Assembly (NCBI GenBank): GCA_943846675.1
Contig: OX044357.1
Location: forward strand, 1,408,500-1,472,499
Direction: 5' to 3'
Source of the DNA: an uncultured Bacteroidia bacterium
GTDB lineage: Bacteria; Bacteroidota; Bacteroidia; NS11-12g; UBA9320
DNA length: 64,000 nt
In this document: positions 40,454-48,991 of the stretch, in pieces
Position numbering within the stretch: position 1 is the first letter of the stretch
Layout of the letters: every line of letters starts with the position of its first letter
Position numbers and translations under genes: made by a program
The notes under the pieces: generated by a model
Seen by the model: only the letters and a program-made list of their open reading frames with translations
Told to the model about the DNA's origin: nothing
Database searches by the model: none

Positions 40454-40510
40454 ACGTCGTTTGAACACAAATTACGACGTACAACGACGTTTAACGGCAT
40501 TCGACGTCGT
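40454..40510. promoter_or_regulatory. Cluster of at least four palindromic heptamers ACG(A/T)CGT upstream of the XRE gene; candidate operator or iteron array
   Basis: acgtcgt (40454), acgacgt (40474), acgacgt (40484), cgacgtcgt (40502). Confidence 0.45.
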
Positions 40511-40557
40511 ATTAAGGTTGTTTTTTTTTGAAAATGGAAAAGAGAGGTTACATGAAA

Positions 40558-40592
40558 AATAAAAAAAGGTCATGCAGTTTTCCTTGACCTTT
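40558..40592 (-). terminator. Rho-independent terminator (minus-strand sense)
   Basis: The minus strand reads aaaggtca-aggaaaactgca-tgaccttt followed by ttttttt; an 8-bp stem plus T-run downstream of the 40640-40962 small genes. Confidence 0.6.
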
Positions 40593-40758
40593 AGACCTGA
40601 ATAATGAAACTAAAAGAGTACAGATTATTTACATTCCCATATCCTTAAAATCTCCTATCAGTATTTTACTTAATCTTAACAAGGCAGTAACCCCTGCAAC
40701 AATAATTACTGCTCCAATCATTGTCTTAACTATTTTCTGAATCTCTTCATTAGAAGAT

Positions 40759-40962
40759 TTAGTCTTTTCCGTTTTCATTTTCTTTAGGTTTAATTTTAAT
40801 ACTATTCTGTTGTGCTCTTCTCGTAACGGCTGCGGAAACTGCTACTCCTATGAGTAGAACTCCGCCGACGATTATGAATTTTAACCAAGGATTTGATCCT
40901 GGTTGTGAATTTGTCCCCGAATTAAATCCGGGTAAGTTTTCTATTGGTGTTGGTACATTCAT
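40759..40962 (-). CDS. Small hypothetical membrane protein
   Basis: 67 aa with one TM (KFIIVGGVLLIGVAVSAAV). A 49-aa TM ORF in another frame (about 40640-40787) overlaps it. Which is real is unclear. Confidence 0.35.
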   Translation of the reverse strand: MNVPTPIENLPGFNSGTNSQPGSNPWLKFIIVGGVLLIGVAVSAAVTRRAQQNSIKIKPKENENGKD

Positions 40963-41402
40963 CGTTTTTTAATTTTTATTTTAAGAACTTCATTTCTCGC
41001 GTATATGCGATACATATATCTATAAGTAATATGATACTCTTTTTCATTATGGTTAATTCTTCCGATGTGATAACCAGATTTGAAACCATCAGCTTTAAGG
41101 ACATCATAAAACCTTTCAATTTCATCCTGTCTCTTCTCGCTATTAAAATGTCTTTCTAGAACGTTGTCATTCTTCAGTAGTATTTTTTCATCTCTTATTC
41201 TGTGTCTATTCTTGGACTTTCTCTTTCCGTGGTTGTAAGCAAAGTCAGCATGCTGCTTGTTTAAATAAATATTATCACTTCTACTAGGATAGAATGAATA
41301 GCCGCAACCACATTCACATTCTCTAGCGGAAATCGGTCTTGGTAGAGGTGTGCTTCCCTTAGGATCTAGTATTTCTTCTATTTCTATATTGTTTGGCTCC
41401 AT
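40959..41402 (-). CDS. Hypothetical protein
   Basis: 147-aa ORF with a CECGCG motif and no confident family. Confidence 0.35.
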   Translation of the reverse strand: MEPNNIEIEEILDPKGSTPLPRPISARECECGCGYSFYPSRSDNIYLNKQHADFAYNHGKRKSKNRHRIRDEKILLKNDNVLERHFNSEKRQDEIERFYDVLKADGFKSGYHIGRINHNEKEYHITYRYMYRIYARNEVLKIKIKKR

Positions 41403-41451
41403 TGTAATGAAAATATTACTATATTTGACAAATATAATAATTATTACGCAT

Positions 41452-42402
41452 ATGTCAGAACGAATAAATATTTTAAATCAGGAAGAGTTGGAGTACCTCA
41501 ACAGTTCTGAATATAAATTCGAATATCCAGGTCTTAGAAATGCTATGGACGTTCCCAGATTTACAATAAGTGATTTAGGGGTTACGGCAAGAGATGCAAC
41601 GTATTGGTCAAAGAAAGAAATTCTGCCTGAAGTCAAAGGCGGAAATACAACAAGGAGAAAATATACTTTAAAGCAAGCTCTATGGATAAAGCTAATTCAG
41701 CAACTAAGGTCTTTTGATATTTCACTTAACCAAATCAAAAAAATAAAGGATCATTTATTAACCTCAGATGTTAATATAAAGGAGCTGATGGAAAATGAGC
41801 AAGTGAATATTATACTCGAAAGATTGGTTGATAAAGATGGTCAGCTTGAAGAATATAAAAAATTAATGAAAGACCCTTCTTTTCTTAAAGAATTAGAAGG
41901 CCAAAATCTTGATGTTTTTGAGATGATGGTATTATATACAATTATATTCAGAAGGGATGTAAGCTACATAGTGACAGTCGATGGTTATGGCCTCCCATAT
42001 GTCTTTGATAAACATGAGATCATGAAAAAGAACTTTCCGGAGTTCGAGTTATTAATGAAAAGCCCTCATATCGTCCTTTCATTATCTCAAGCATATAGTC
42101 AGTTAATCCAGGATTGGAGTGAGAAAAAATGGTTTAATGAAGTGTCTATTGTTTCAAAGGATGAGAAAAAAATACTTGGTCTGATGCGGGATAAAACGAC
42201 CAAAGAATTGAGAATAATGAAGAATAAGGATGAGATAGACAGAGTAATCCTTATTAAGGACAAATCCATTAACGCCATAGAAGAGTTTGCTAATCACATC
42301 GTAAGAAACGGTTATCAGACAATTACGATTAGCACACGTCAAGGCAAGCCGGTCCATTTCAAAAATGAAGTATCTATTAAACTAAAGAACATACCGGAAT
42401 AA
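41452..42402 (+). CDS. Hypothetical protein with an N-terminal MerR/excisionase-type HTH
   Basis: Internal ATG at 41452 (MSERIN...). RFTISDLGVTARDATYWSKKEIL resembles the HTH_17/excisionase-like DNA-binding helix. It sits adjacent to the recombinase. Confidence 0.4.
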   Translation: MSERINILNQEELEYLNSSEYKFEYPGLRNAMDVPRFTISDLGVTARDATYWSKKEILPEVKGGNTTRRKYTLKQALWIKLIQQLRSFDISLNQIKKIKDHLLTSDVNIKELMENEQVNIILERLVDKDGQLEEYKKLMKDPSFLKELEGQNLDVFEMMVLYTIIFRRDVSYIVTVDGYGLPYVFDKHEIMKKNFPEFELLMKSPHIVLSLSQAYSQLIQDWSEKKWFNEVSIVSKDEKKILGLMRDKTTKELRIMKNKDEIDRVILIKDKSINAIEEFANHIVRNGYQTITISTRQGKPVHFKNEVSIKLKNIPE

Positions 42403-42639
42403 CCGGACAATTGATCTCCGCTTTCAGCACCGAAGAACGGACGTAAAGCACATGGGGAATAAATGTGAAAACAACTAACCAAATTAAAAGTGAACTTACA
42501 AATGATAAAAGAACACTAGAAAAAAGAAGAGAGGTAAAAGAGAAATTAAAAGTGCTTGGTGAAACAGAAGAGAACACCGAACGAATACTCACGTCAATTG
42601 AGTGTTATTGTCAACTGGTGTTGCAATCAATAAAAAAGA

Positions 42640-44238
42640 GTGAATATGGATAAACTAAACGAATTCAAAAAATTTAGCCCTGAGCGGAAAACTCTTGGAG
42701 AAAATAATAATGCAATTATCTATACTCGCGTGTCAACAAAAGAACAAGCGGACACAAACACTAGTCTTGGAACTCAAAAAAGGTATTGCGAAAATTATGC
42801 TAAAGCCAATGGGTTATATGTAGTAGCCTACTTTGGAGGAACCCACGAGTCAGCAAAAAGTGATGATAGAAAGGAGTTTAAAAGAATGCTTAAGTATGTC
42901 AAGCAAAGTGGCTCTATAGGTTACATTATTGTTTATTCATACGATCGGTTTTCAAGAACAGGATCTAGTGCATCTCAAATTACTCATGAATTACTCGATC
43001 AAGGAATTCAAGTTAAAGCTGTCACTCAAGAGGTTGATGCAACTTCGGCTTCAGGTAAATTCCAACAAAATCTATTCTATATGTTCAGTCAATTTGACAA
43101 CGAACTGAGAAGAGATAAGACAATCACTGCAATGAGTGACTTATTACGAAAAGGCTATTGGCTTTGGAATCCTCCGGTAGGCTATATTAACCAGAAAAAA
43201 TATCATAAAGCCGTGGAATGGGATATTGTGATTGATGAGAACGGAAAACAATTGAAGAAAGCTTTTAAGTGGAGATTGAAAAATACCTACTCGAATGTAG
43301 AAATAGTGCGAAGGCTGAATGCAGCAGGAATGATGATAAATGAAAAGCGCTTGCATGAGATTTTTAAGAATCCTTTTTATTGCGGAATCCTTGTCTGTAA
43401 AATGTTACCCGGAGAGATAATTGAAGGAAAGCACAAGCCTATTGTATCTAAAGAGGATTTTTTAATAATCAACTCTGAAAGAACACCCCAACTGAAAGAA
43501 TATAAAACGGATAACGATCAACTTCCTTTAAAGCAATTCGTTTATTGTGAGGCTTGCAAAACACCTTTGACGGGTTTTCTTGTCAAGCAAAAAGGGTTGT
43601 ATTATTATAAATGCAGAACCAAAGGATGCAGCTGCAACAAGTCTGCGAAACATCTACACGAGCAGTTTGAAAAGAAATTAAGTAGTTATCAAGTCGATTC
43701 TAAATATGTGGATATAATCAAAGAGGTAATGATTTACACGTATGATTCTGTAACTAAAGAAATAAGAGAGAATGAAGCAAATGTAAAGAAGCAATTGAGC
43801 CTGCTAAAGTCTAAAATTGATACCATAGAAGAACGCTTTGCAATTGGAGAAATTGACAATGAAATCTACAAGAAATTTAAAACTAAATATGAAGCGGAAG
43901 AAAAGAAGTTAGAGTCAAATTTATTCAGTTCTACAGTTTCGAGTTCGAACCTTCAAATAGCAATAGATAAAGCATTAAAAATGTCTTCCAACCTCAGTGA
44001 ATTATGGACTTCTGGAGATTTATCTCAAAAGAAGAAAATACAAAGTTTAGTGTTTCCATCCGGAATAGGTTACGACAAGTTAAAAGGCAAAGTTCAAACC
44101 AAAAGAGTTAACTCTATTTTCTCATCTATTCCACTATTGACAAAGGATTTGGATAAAATAAAAAGCGGAGAACCAGTTGATTTCAACCAATTCTCCGCAA
44201 GAGTGACCCTGCCAGGATTCAAACCTGGAACCTTCTGA
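42640..44238 (+). CDS. Large serine recombinase (resolvase/invertase-type N-terminal domain plus recombinase domain plus zinc ribbon)
   Basis: The catalytic region AIIYTRVSTKEQ...SYDRFSRT carries the resolvase Ser/Arg motifs. A C-terminal Cys cluster (CEACKTPLTG...CRTKGCSC) and coiled coil follow. The 3' end overlaps tRNA-Arg. Confidence 0.85.
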   Translation: MNMDKLNEFKKFSPERKTLGENNNAIIYTRVSTKEQADTNTSLGTQKRYCENYAKANGLYVVAYFGGTHESAKSDDRKEFKRMLKYVKQSGSIGYIIVYSYDRFSRTGSSASQITHELLDQGIQVKAVTQEVDATSASGKFQQNLFYMFSQFDNELRRDKTITAMSDLLRKGYWLWNPPVGYINQKKYHKAVEWDIVIDENGKQLKKAFKWRLKNTYSNVEIVRRLNAAGMMINEKRLHEIFKNPFYCGILVCKMLPGEIIEGKHKPIVSKEDFLIINSERTPQLKEYKTDNDQLPLKQFVYCEACKTPLTGFLVKQKGLYYYKCRTKGCSCNKSAKHLHEQFEKKLSSYQVDSKYVDIIKEVMIYTYDSVTKEIRENEANVKKQLSLLKSKIDTIEERFAIGEIDNEIYKKFKTKYEAEEKKLESNLFSSTVSSSNLQIAIDKALKMSSNLSELWTSGDLSQKKKIQSLVFPSGIGYDKLKGKVQTKRVNSIFSSIPLLTKDLDKIKSGEPVDFNQFSARVTLPGFKPGTF

Positions 44239-44277
44239 TCCGTAGTCAGATACTCTATTCAGTTGAGCTACAGGGCC
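44204..44277 (-). tRNA. tRNA-Arg (anticodon ACG)
   Basis: Hand-folded. Acceptor GGCCCTG/CAGGGTC with one G-U pair, D-arm GCTC/GAGT, anticodon stem TCTGA/TCAGA with loop CTACGGA (U33, ACG), T-arm CCAGG-TTTGAAT-CCTGG, discriminator A. No CCA is encoded. Confidence 0.7.
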
Positions 44278-44433
44278 GATTAAGGGGTGCAAAGATAAAA
44301 CGGTTTATATAATTATCTAACGTTTTTGTCCATTTGATTTAATTTTATGCCTTATCGTAAAATTCATATAACAATTCGATTTAGATTGATTATAATGTGA
44401 TGCCTTCTATATCTTTGTTAGCAATCCGAAAAA

Positions 44434-46821
44434 ATGAGAAAACACATTTTGTTTTGGTTATTAATAACCAGCTATAACATAATTCAGGCACAAACGGAAC
44501 ATCACTTTTCAGGGTTTGTGACTTCCGAAACAACAGATAATTCCTTGTCCAATTTACGCGTTTGGATCCCTGCAGATTCCATCGAGTCGGCAACAAATGC
44601 TTTTGGCTTTTTTAATCTGATAACATCCAAAGATTCGTTTACGGCGTATATGGAAAAACCGGGCTACGAAAGAAGAGAAATGCAGGTCGTGTTTCAAGAA
44701 AATGGTGCAACATTGGTTGTGCCGATCTTTAGAAACCCTGGTTTGTCAACCAAACTACTCCGTTTTGATGCAGATGAAAATGGGAATTTTAATCTAAACC
44801 TAGTCCCAATTTTTAATACCGAATTCACACATTATACACCGAGTTCTTCCACAAATCATGAAATAACAGATGTAGAGTCAGACAAGATTGTAATGACAAA
44901 AGCAGAGTTAGATGCTCTTCCATTCATATTTTCTGAACCAGATGTTTCTAAAGCCTTACAGGTTAACGCAGGTGTAGAGTTTGCTTCTGATGGCTATAGT
45001 GATATGACCGTTCGTGGCGGTGGACTTGGACAAAATCAGATTCTTTTAAATGGAGCACCAGTATATAGCCTCGGTCACTTCGAAGGATATATATCGAATT
45101 TTAGCAGCGCAACTGCCGAAGAGGTTGTGTTGTACAAAGCGGCTTTCCCAGCGCGTTTTGGTGGACGTTTATCCAGTGTGATGGACGTTAAATCAACAGC
45201 CGGCAATGCACAAGAGGCTGAAGCGGATATTGCCATAAGTCCTGTTTTGGGTAATTTTAAAGTGGGGTTACCGCTGGGTAATGGCAATTCTTTGGGTATT
45301 ACGTTCAGACGGTCGTACATCGATCTTTTATTAGATGTGGCTGATCAAGAATTGTTTTATAGAGATTTTAGCGGAAAGCTAGATCTTAACTTAAATCCTA
45401 AGAATAAATTAACCCTTAGTTATTACAGCTTAAAAGATAAAATTAAGGTTTCTGGGTCAGAATTTAACGACACCAACACAAGTGTTAAAGAGCTGGATTT
45501 TACGTTTGATATAACGGTGAAAAATCAAACAACATCGGCTGATTGGCTGCATATATTTGATAAAAAAACAACGGCTACTTTCACGGCCTATTATACCAAC
45601 TATTCTAACGGCATAACCTTAAGCGAAACGGACTATACCGCACCAATTGGCTCAAACGCAATTAGTGATTATACCGTGCGTTTTTCCGCTGGAGAAGTTG
45701 GCGCTCAAGCAGATTTTGAGCATAGAAAGAACAAAAAAGTGGTGCTTCGTTACGGGCTTCAAAATAGACTTCATTTAAACAACTCGGGTTCGCTTGTAGA
45801 CAAACGGTATACCATTGACGGAGATTTAATCACAGACGATCAATATGGAGATACGGTTATCCAAACAGGTATAGAAACATCATTATACATAGAAGACGAG
45901 TACACGTATAACGACAAACTGGCTTTTAACGCAGGAATGCGCGCCACGGTGTATTCATACCATAATTTTACACGGGTTTATCCAGAACCGAGGTTCTCAG
46001 GTCGATACTTGGTTTCACCAACATCGTCAGTAAAATTCTCTTACTCAAGAATGCATCAGTTTATGCATTTGTACAATACCGACGGAACTGCTACCGATAA
46101 TTTTGTCGTCTACCTTCCTGCTAGTGAGAAATTGAAGCCGCAAACCAGTGACATTATATCATTGGGCTACCATACAAAACCCGGTAAACGAACCAGATTC
46201 TCGAGTGAAGCCTATTATAAAATTTTGTCTAATCAACCCATTTTTTATGCGGCAGACCTATTTGATAGAGACGATATGGAAGCCAATTCACTTGTTGGTG
46301 ATGGAGCAGTTATTGGAATTGAAAATAGCTTCAAGTATGTTGGAGACAATACAATTTTTTGGGCAAGTGCGACATTCTCAAATGCCACCAGAAAATACGC
46401 TGAGCTCAATAGGGGAGAGTCATTTTCTTTTGACTACGACAGACGTGTTATAGGTAAAATCGGGTACATCGTTAACCTTGAAAATTTTGTATTCTCAGTA
46501 ATAGGCGTCGGAGCGACTGGAAATCCATTTACGCTGCCAACGTCAAAGTATCGTGATTTAGACGGTGATGTGGTATTGGCCTACGACGAGATTAACAATT
46601 ATAGGTCTACGTATCATGCCCGACTCGATGCGAAGTTTGAATGGCACTTTTCCGACGAAGTCCAAAGCTTAGAATTAAGCGTATATAACTTGTTGGGTAC
46701 CCGTAATGTGCAATCCATCTTTAGTGAGCGAGACGACACCACAACCAATTATAAGTACACCGCATATACAAGGTCGAGTTATTCTTTTCTTCCATTTCTA
46801 ACCTACCGTGTCAATATCTAA
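44434..46821 (+). CDS. TonB-dependent receptor (CarbopepD_reg domain plus plug plus barrel)
   Basis: Signal peptide, N-terminal carboxypeptidase-regulatory-like fold, plug motif DALPFIFSEPDVSKALQVNAGVEF...DMTVRGG, and a long beta-barrel. Confidence 0.75.
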   Translation: MRKHILFWLLITSYNIIQAQTEHHFSGFVTSETTDNSLSNLRVWIPADSIESATNAFGFFNLITSKDSFTAYMEKPGYERREMQVVFQENGATLVVPIFRNPGLSTKLLRFDADENGNFNLNLVPIFNTEFTHYTPSSSTNHEITDVESDKIVMTKAELDALPFIFSEPDVSKALQVNAGVEFASDGYSDMTVRGGGLGQNQILLNGAPVYSLGHFEGYISNFSSATAEEVVLYKAAFPARFGGRLSSVMDVKSTAGNAQEAEADIAISPVLGNFKVGLPLGNGNSLGITFRRSYIDLLLDVADQELFYRDFSGKLDLNLNPKNKLTLSYYSLKDKIKVSGSEFNDTNTSVKELDFTFDITVKNQTTSADWLHIFDKKTTATFTAYYTNYSNGITLSETDYTAPIGSNAISDYTVRFSAGEVGAQADFEHRKNKKVVLRYGLQNRLHLNNSGSLVDKRYTIDGDLITDDQYGDTVIQTGIETSLYIEDEYTYNDKLAFNAGMRATVYSYHNFTRVYPEPRFSGRYLVSPTSSVKFSYSRMHQFMHLYNTDGTATDNFVVYLPASEKLKPQTSDIISLGYHTKPGKRTRFSSEAYYKILSNQPIFYAADLFDRDDMEANSLVGDGAVIGIENSFKYVGDNTIFWASATFSNATRKYAELNRGESFSFDYDRRVIGKIGYIVNLENFVFSVIGVGATGNPFTLPTSKYRDLDGDVVLAYDEINNYRSTYHARLDAKFEWHFSDEVQSLELSVYNLLGTRNVQSIFSERDDTTTNYKYTAYTRSSYSFLPFLTYRVNI

Positions 46822-46823
46822 TC

Positions 46824-47717
46824 ATGAAACAAACAATCAAAATACTTACGTTTATCGTTCTGATTGGCATATTGCAATCATGTAGCAACGATCAACCCAT
46901 ACCACAAGGTCAATTACCAAGTTTCCAACCTAAACTGGTTGTAAACAGTTCGTTGAATAACCTGGAACCCATTCATATTAAAATAAGCGACAATGCCGGT
47001 GCTTACACCAACGATTTGCCTTTAGACTATAGCGACGTGACCATATTACTCAAAGCCGACGGAAGCACTGTTTCTACCACATATGATGCGGCTAGCAAAA
47101 GTTTCTTGTCAAACCAATCAGCGATTTCTGGAAAATCCTATACTATTGAGGTTCAGGATAATGCAGGAGAAAGGCCAACGGTTTTCGCTCGGAGCTTTAT
47201 TCCACTTGAAGTAGGAAATAAATCAATTGGTTATATCGAGAATGGCGGTACTGACATGGATGGGCGACCTTCCGATCTAATTTCTATTGAGTGGACGGAC
47301 CAAGCAGGAAGTAACTATTACATGCTTCATTTTTATTACTATAGCGAAACAGCAGACCTGTTTATTCCTTTTGAATTTCAGATCAATGATGCCTCTCTAA
47401 AAGCACCAGAAACGATGAAGTTAAATGATGGAGGATTCCTGTTTAATGATGTTTTATTTAACGGACAAACCAAGAAGATCGAGGCTGTGCCACCAGGAGG
47501 ATTGGTAGCTGCAAACTCCGATGTGCTGTACTTGATCGAATTGCGTTCAGTGACGCGAGACTTCTACAATTATTACAAGACGTTACAGCAATACCGCGAT
47601 AGGGATGATTTGCAACAAGCTGGCCCGTTTGGTAGTGCGGTTATTGTGCATAGCAATATCATCAACGGATTAGGAGCCTTTATCGCGTCCAATGTTGAAA
47701 GTGATACCATACGGTAA
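46824..47717 (+). CDS. DUF4249-like lipoprotein (typical partner of Bacteroidota TonB-dependent receptors)
   Basis: Lipobox LQSCSND. Its position immediately after a TonB-dependent receptor gives family-level recognition only. Confidence 0.5.
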   Translation: MKQTIKILTFIVLIGILQSCSNDQPIPQGQLPSFQPKLVVNSSLNNLEPIHIKISDNAGAYTNDLPLDYSDVTILLKADGSTVSTTYDAASKSFLSNQSAISGKSYTIEVQDNAGERPTVFARSFIPLEVGNKSIGYIENGGTDMDGRPSDLISIEWTDQAGSNYYMLHFYYYSETADLFIPFEFQINDASLKAPETMKLNDGGFLFNDVLFNGQTKKIEAVPPGGLVAANSDVLYLIELRSVTRDFYNYYKTLQQYRDRDDLQQAGPFGSAVIVHSNIINGLGAFIASNVESDTIR

Positions 47718-47791
47718 ATGGATTACTTCTAGCACGGTAATGGATATGGTATTGTGCATTAACCTTGTTTCATTTACTGAAAATACGTGCT

Positions 47792-48883
47792 TTACTTATT
47801 CGGGTCCGACCATTTCGGATTATTGAGTAACGAGTCGTCGTTTAAGGTTATTAGAAAAGCAATCAAGTCTCGTTTATCTTGTTCAGTCCATGCTCGCGCA
47901 ACGGGTTTCCTATCCTTTGTGTGTTTTAACAAGTCTAAACTCAATGTTGGAGAAACATGAAATCCCGTATCATAGAAGTCGACAACTTCACGAAGCGTTT
48001 GAAACCGACCATCATGCATATATGGAGCCGTATGTCGTAAATTAAGTAATGACGGCGTTTTGAACTTGCCCGCGTCATTAGGGTCACCAGTTTGACCTCC
48101 TAAACCAGTGTTTTGGCTTGGGTTTTCAATGAGACCATTGTTAAAGAAATCAAAGTTGGTCGTAAAAGTGGTTAATGTGTGGCAGTGAAAACAATCACCT
48201 TTGGTTTCGTCTTGAAAAACCTGTAAGCCACGCTGTTGGACAGGGTTTCTTAAGTCCTTACCTAAGTTTGGCAATGACCTATAATTATAAGAAACGATGC
48301 TGCGCATAAACTGCGCCATGGCCTTAGCCATATTCTCAACCGTTATCGCCGAATCACAAAACGCTTGATAGAACATACTTGGATATTGATCCGAATCTTG
48401 CAGTTTCTTAACTGCTCTGAACACACTTTCGTGCATTTCTACTTCGGATTGAATCGGAAACAAAACAACTTCTTCCAAAGAATTGGCTTTGCCGTCCCAA
48501 AAGTATTTGTCTGCCCATGCAGCATTAGCAATGGGCATGGCTCCACGAGAACCCGCAAATCCATCAATTCCAATACTAAACTTGTTTACATCGGCAAAAG
48601 CTTCTGATTGTAAATGGCACCCAGCACAAGCCAATGTATTGTCACCCGACAACATTTTTTCGTAGAAAAGATGCTTGCCAAGTTCTATCCCTTCAACCGT
48701 CATTGGGTTGTCTTCTGGAATTGGCATTGGTGGGGTTTGAGCAGGAAGAACAACTTCAAATGGCGTTCCACATGATATGAATGGGCTGTTTACGGCTGGA
48801 TCTTTAACACATGATGTTACTAGGAATAACGTTGAAATGAATAGAAATCCGAATAATTTTTGCCGTTTGTCAAGCATCTTCAT
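47792..48883 (-). CDS. Di-haem cytochrome c peroxidase (CCP/MauG family)
   Basis: Two CxxCH haem motifs (CAGCH, CFHCH). Signal and lipobox start MKMLDKRQKLFGFLFISTLFLVTSC, chosen at 48883. Confidence 0.85.
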   Translation of the reverse strand: MKMLDKRQKLFGFLFISTLFLVTSCVKDPAVNSPFISCGTPFEVVLPAQTPPMPIPEDNPMTVEGIELGKHLFYEKMLSGDNTLACAGCHLQSEAFADVNKFSIGIDGFAGSRGAMPIANAAWADKYFWDGKANSLEEVVLFPIQSEVEMHESVFRAVKKLQDSDQYPSMFYQAFCDSAITVENMAKAMAQFMRSIVSYNYRSLPNLGKDLRNPVQQRGLQVFQDETKGDCFHCHTLTTFTTNFDFFNNGLIENPSQNTGLGGQTGDPNDAGKFKTPSLLNLRHTAPYMHDGRFQTLREVVDFYDTGFHVSPTLSLDLLKHTKDRKPVARAWTEQDKRDLIAFLITLNDDSLLNNPKWSDPNK

Positions 48884-48991
48884 GCAGTTGTAAAATGAGT
48901 TCAATTTAATTACGGTAAAGATACAATATTGACCCTGATTCGTTGCAGCTACTTTGCAATAATTACTTAACATTGCGCCTCTCAAAAGGGA

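Noticed and set aside
40620-40790. 49-aa minus-strand TM ORF (MKTEKTKSSNEEIQKIVKTMIGAVIIVAGVTALLRLSKIL...) overlapping the end of 40759..40962
   Set aside because: It is below the usual length threshold and overlaps another small ORF in a different frame. One of the two may be real (holin-like or small membrane protein), but the sequence alone cannot decide.
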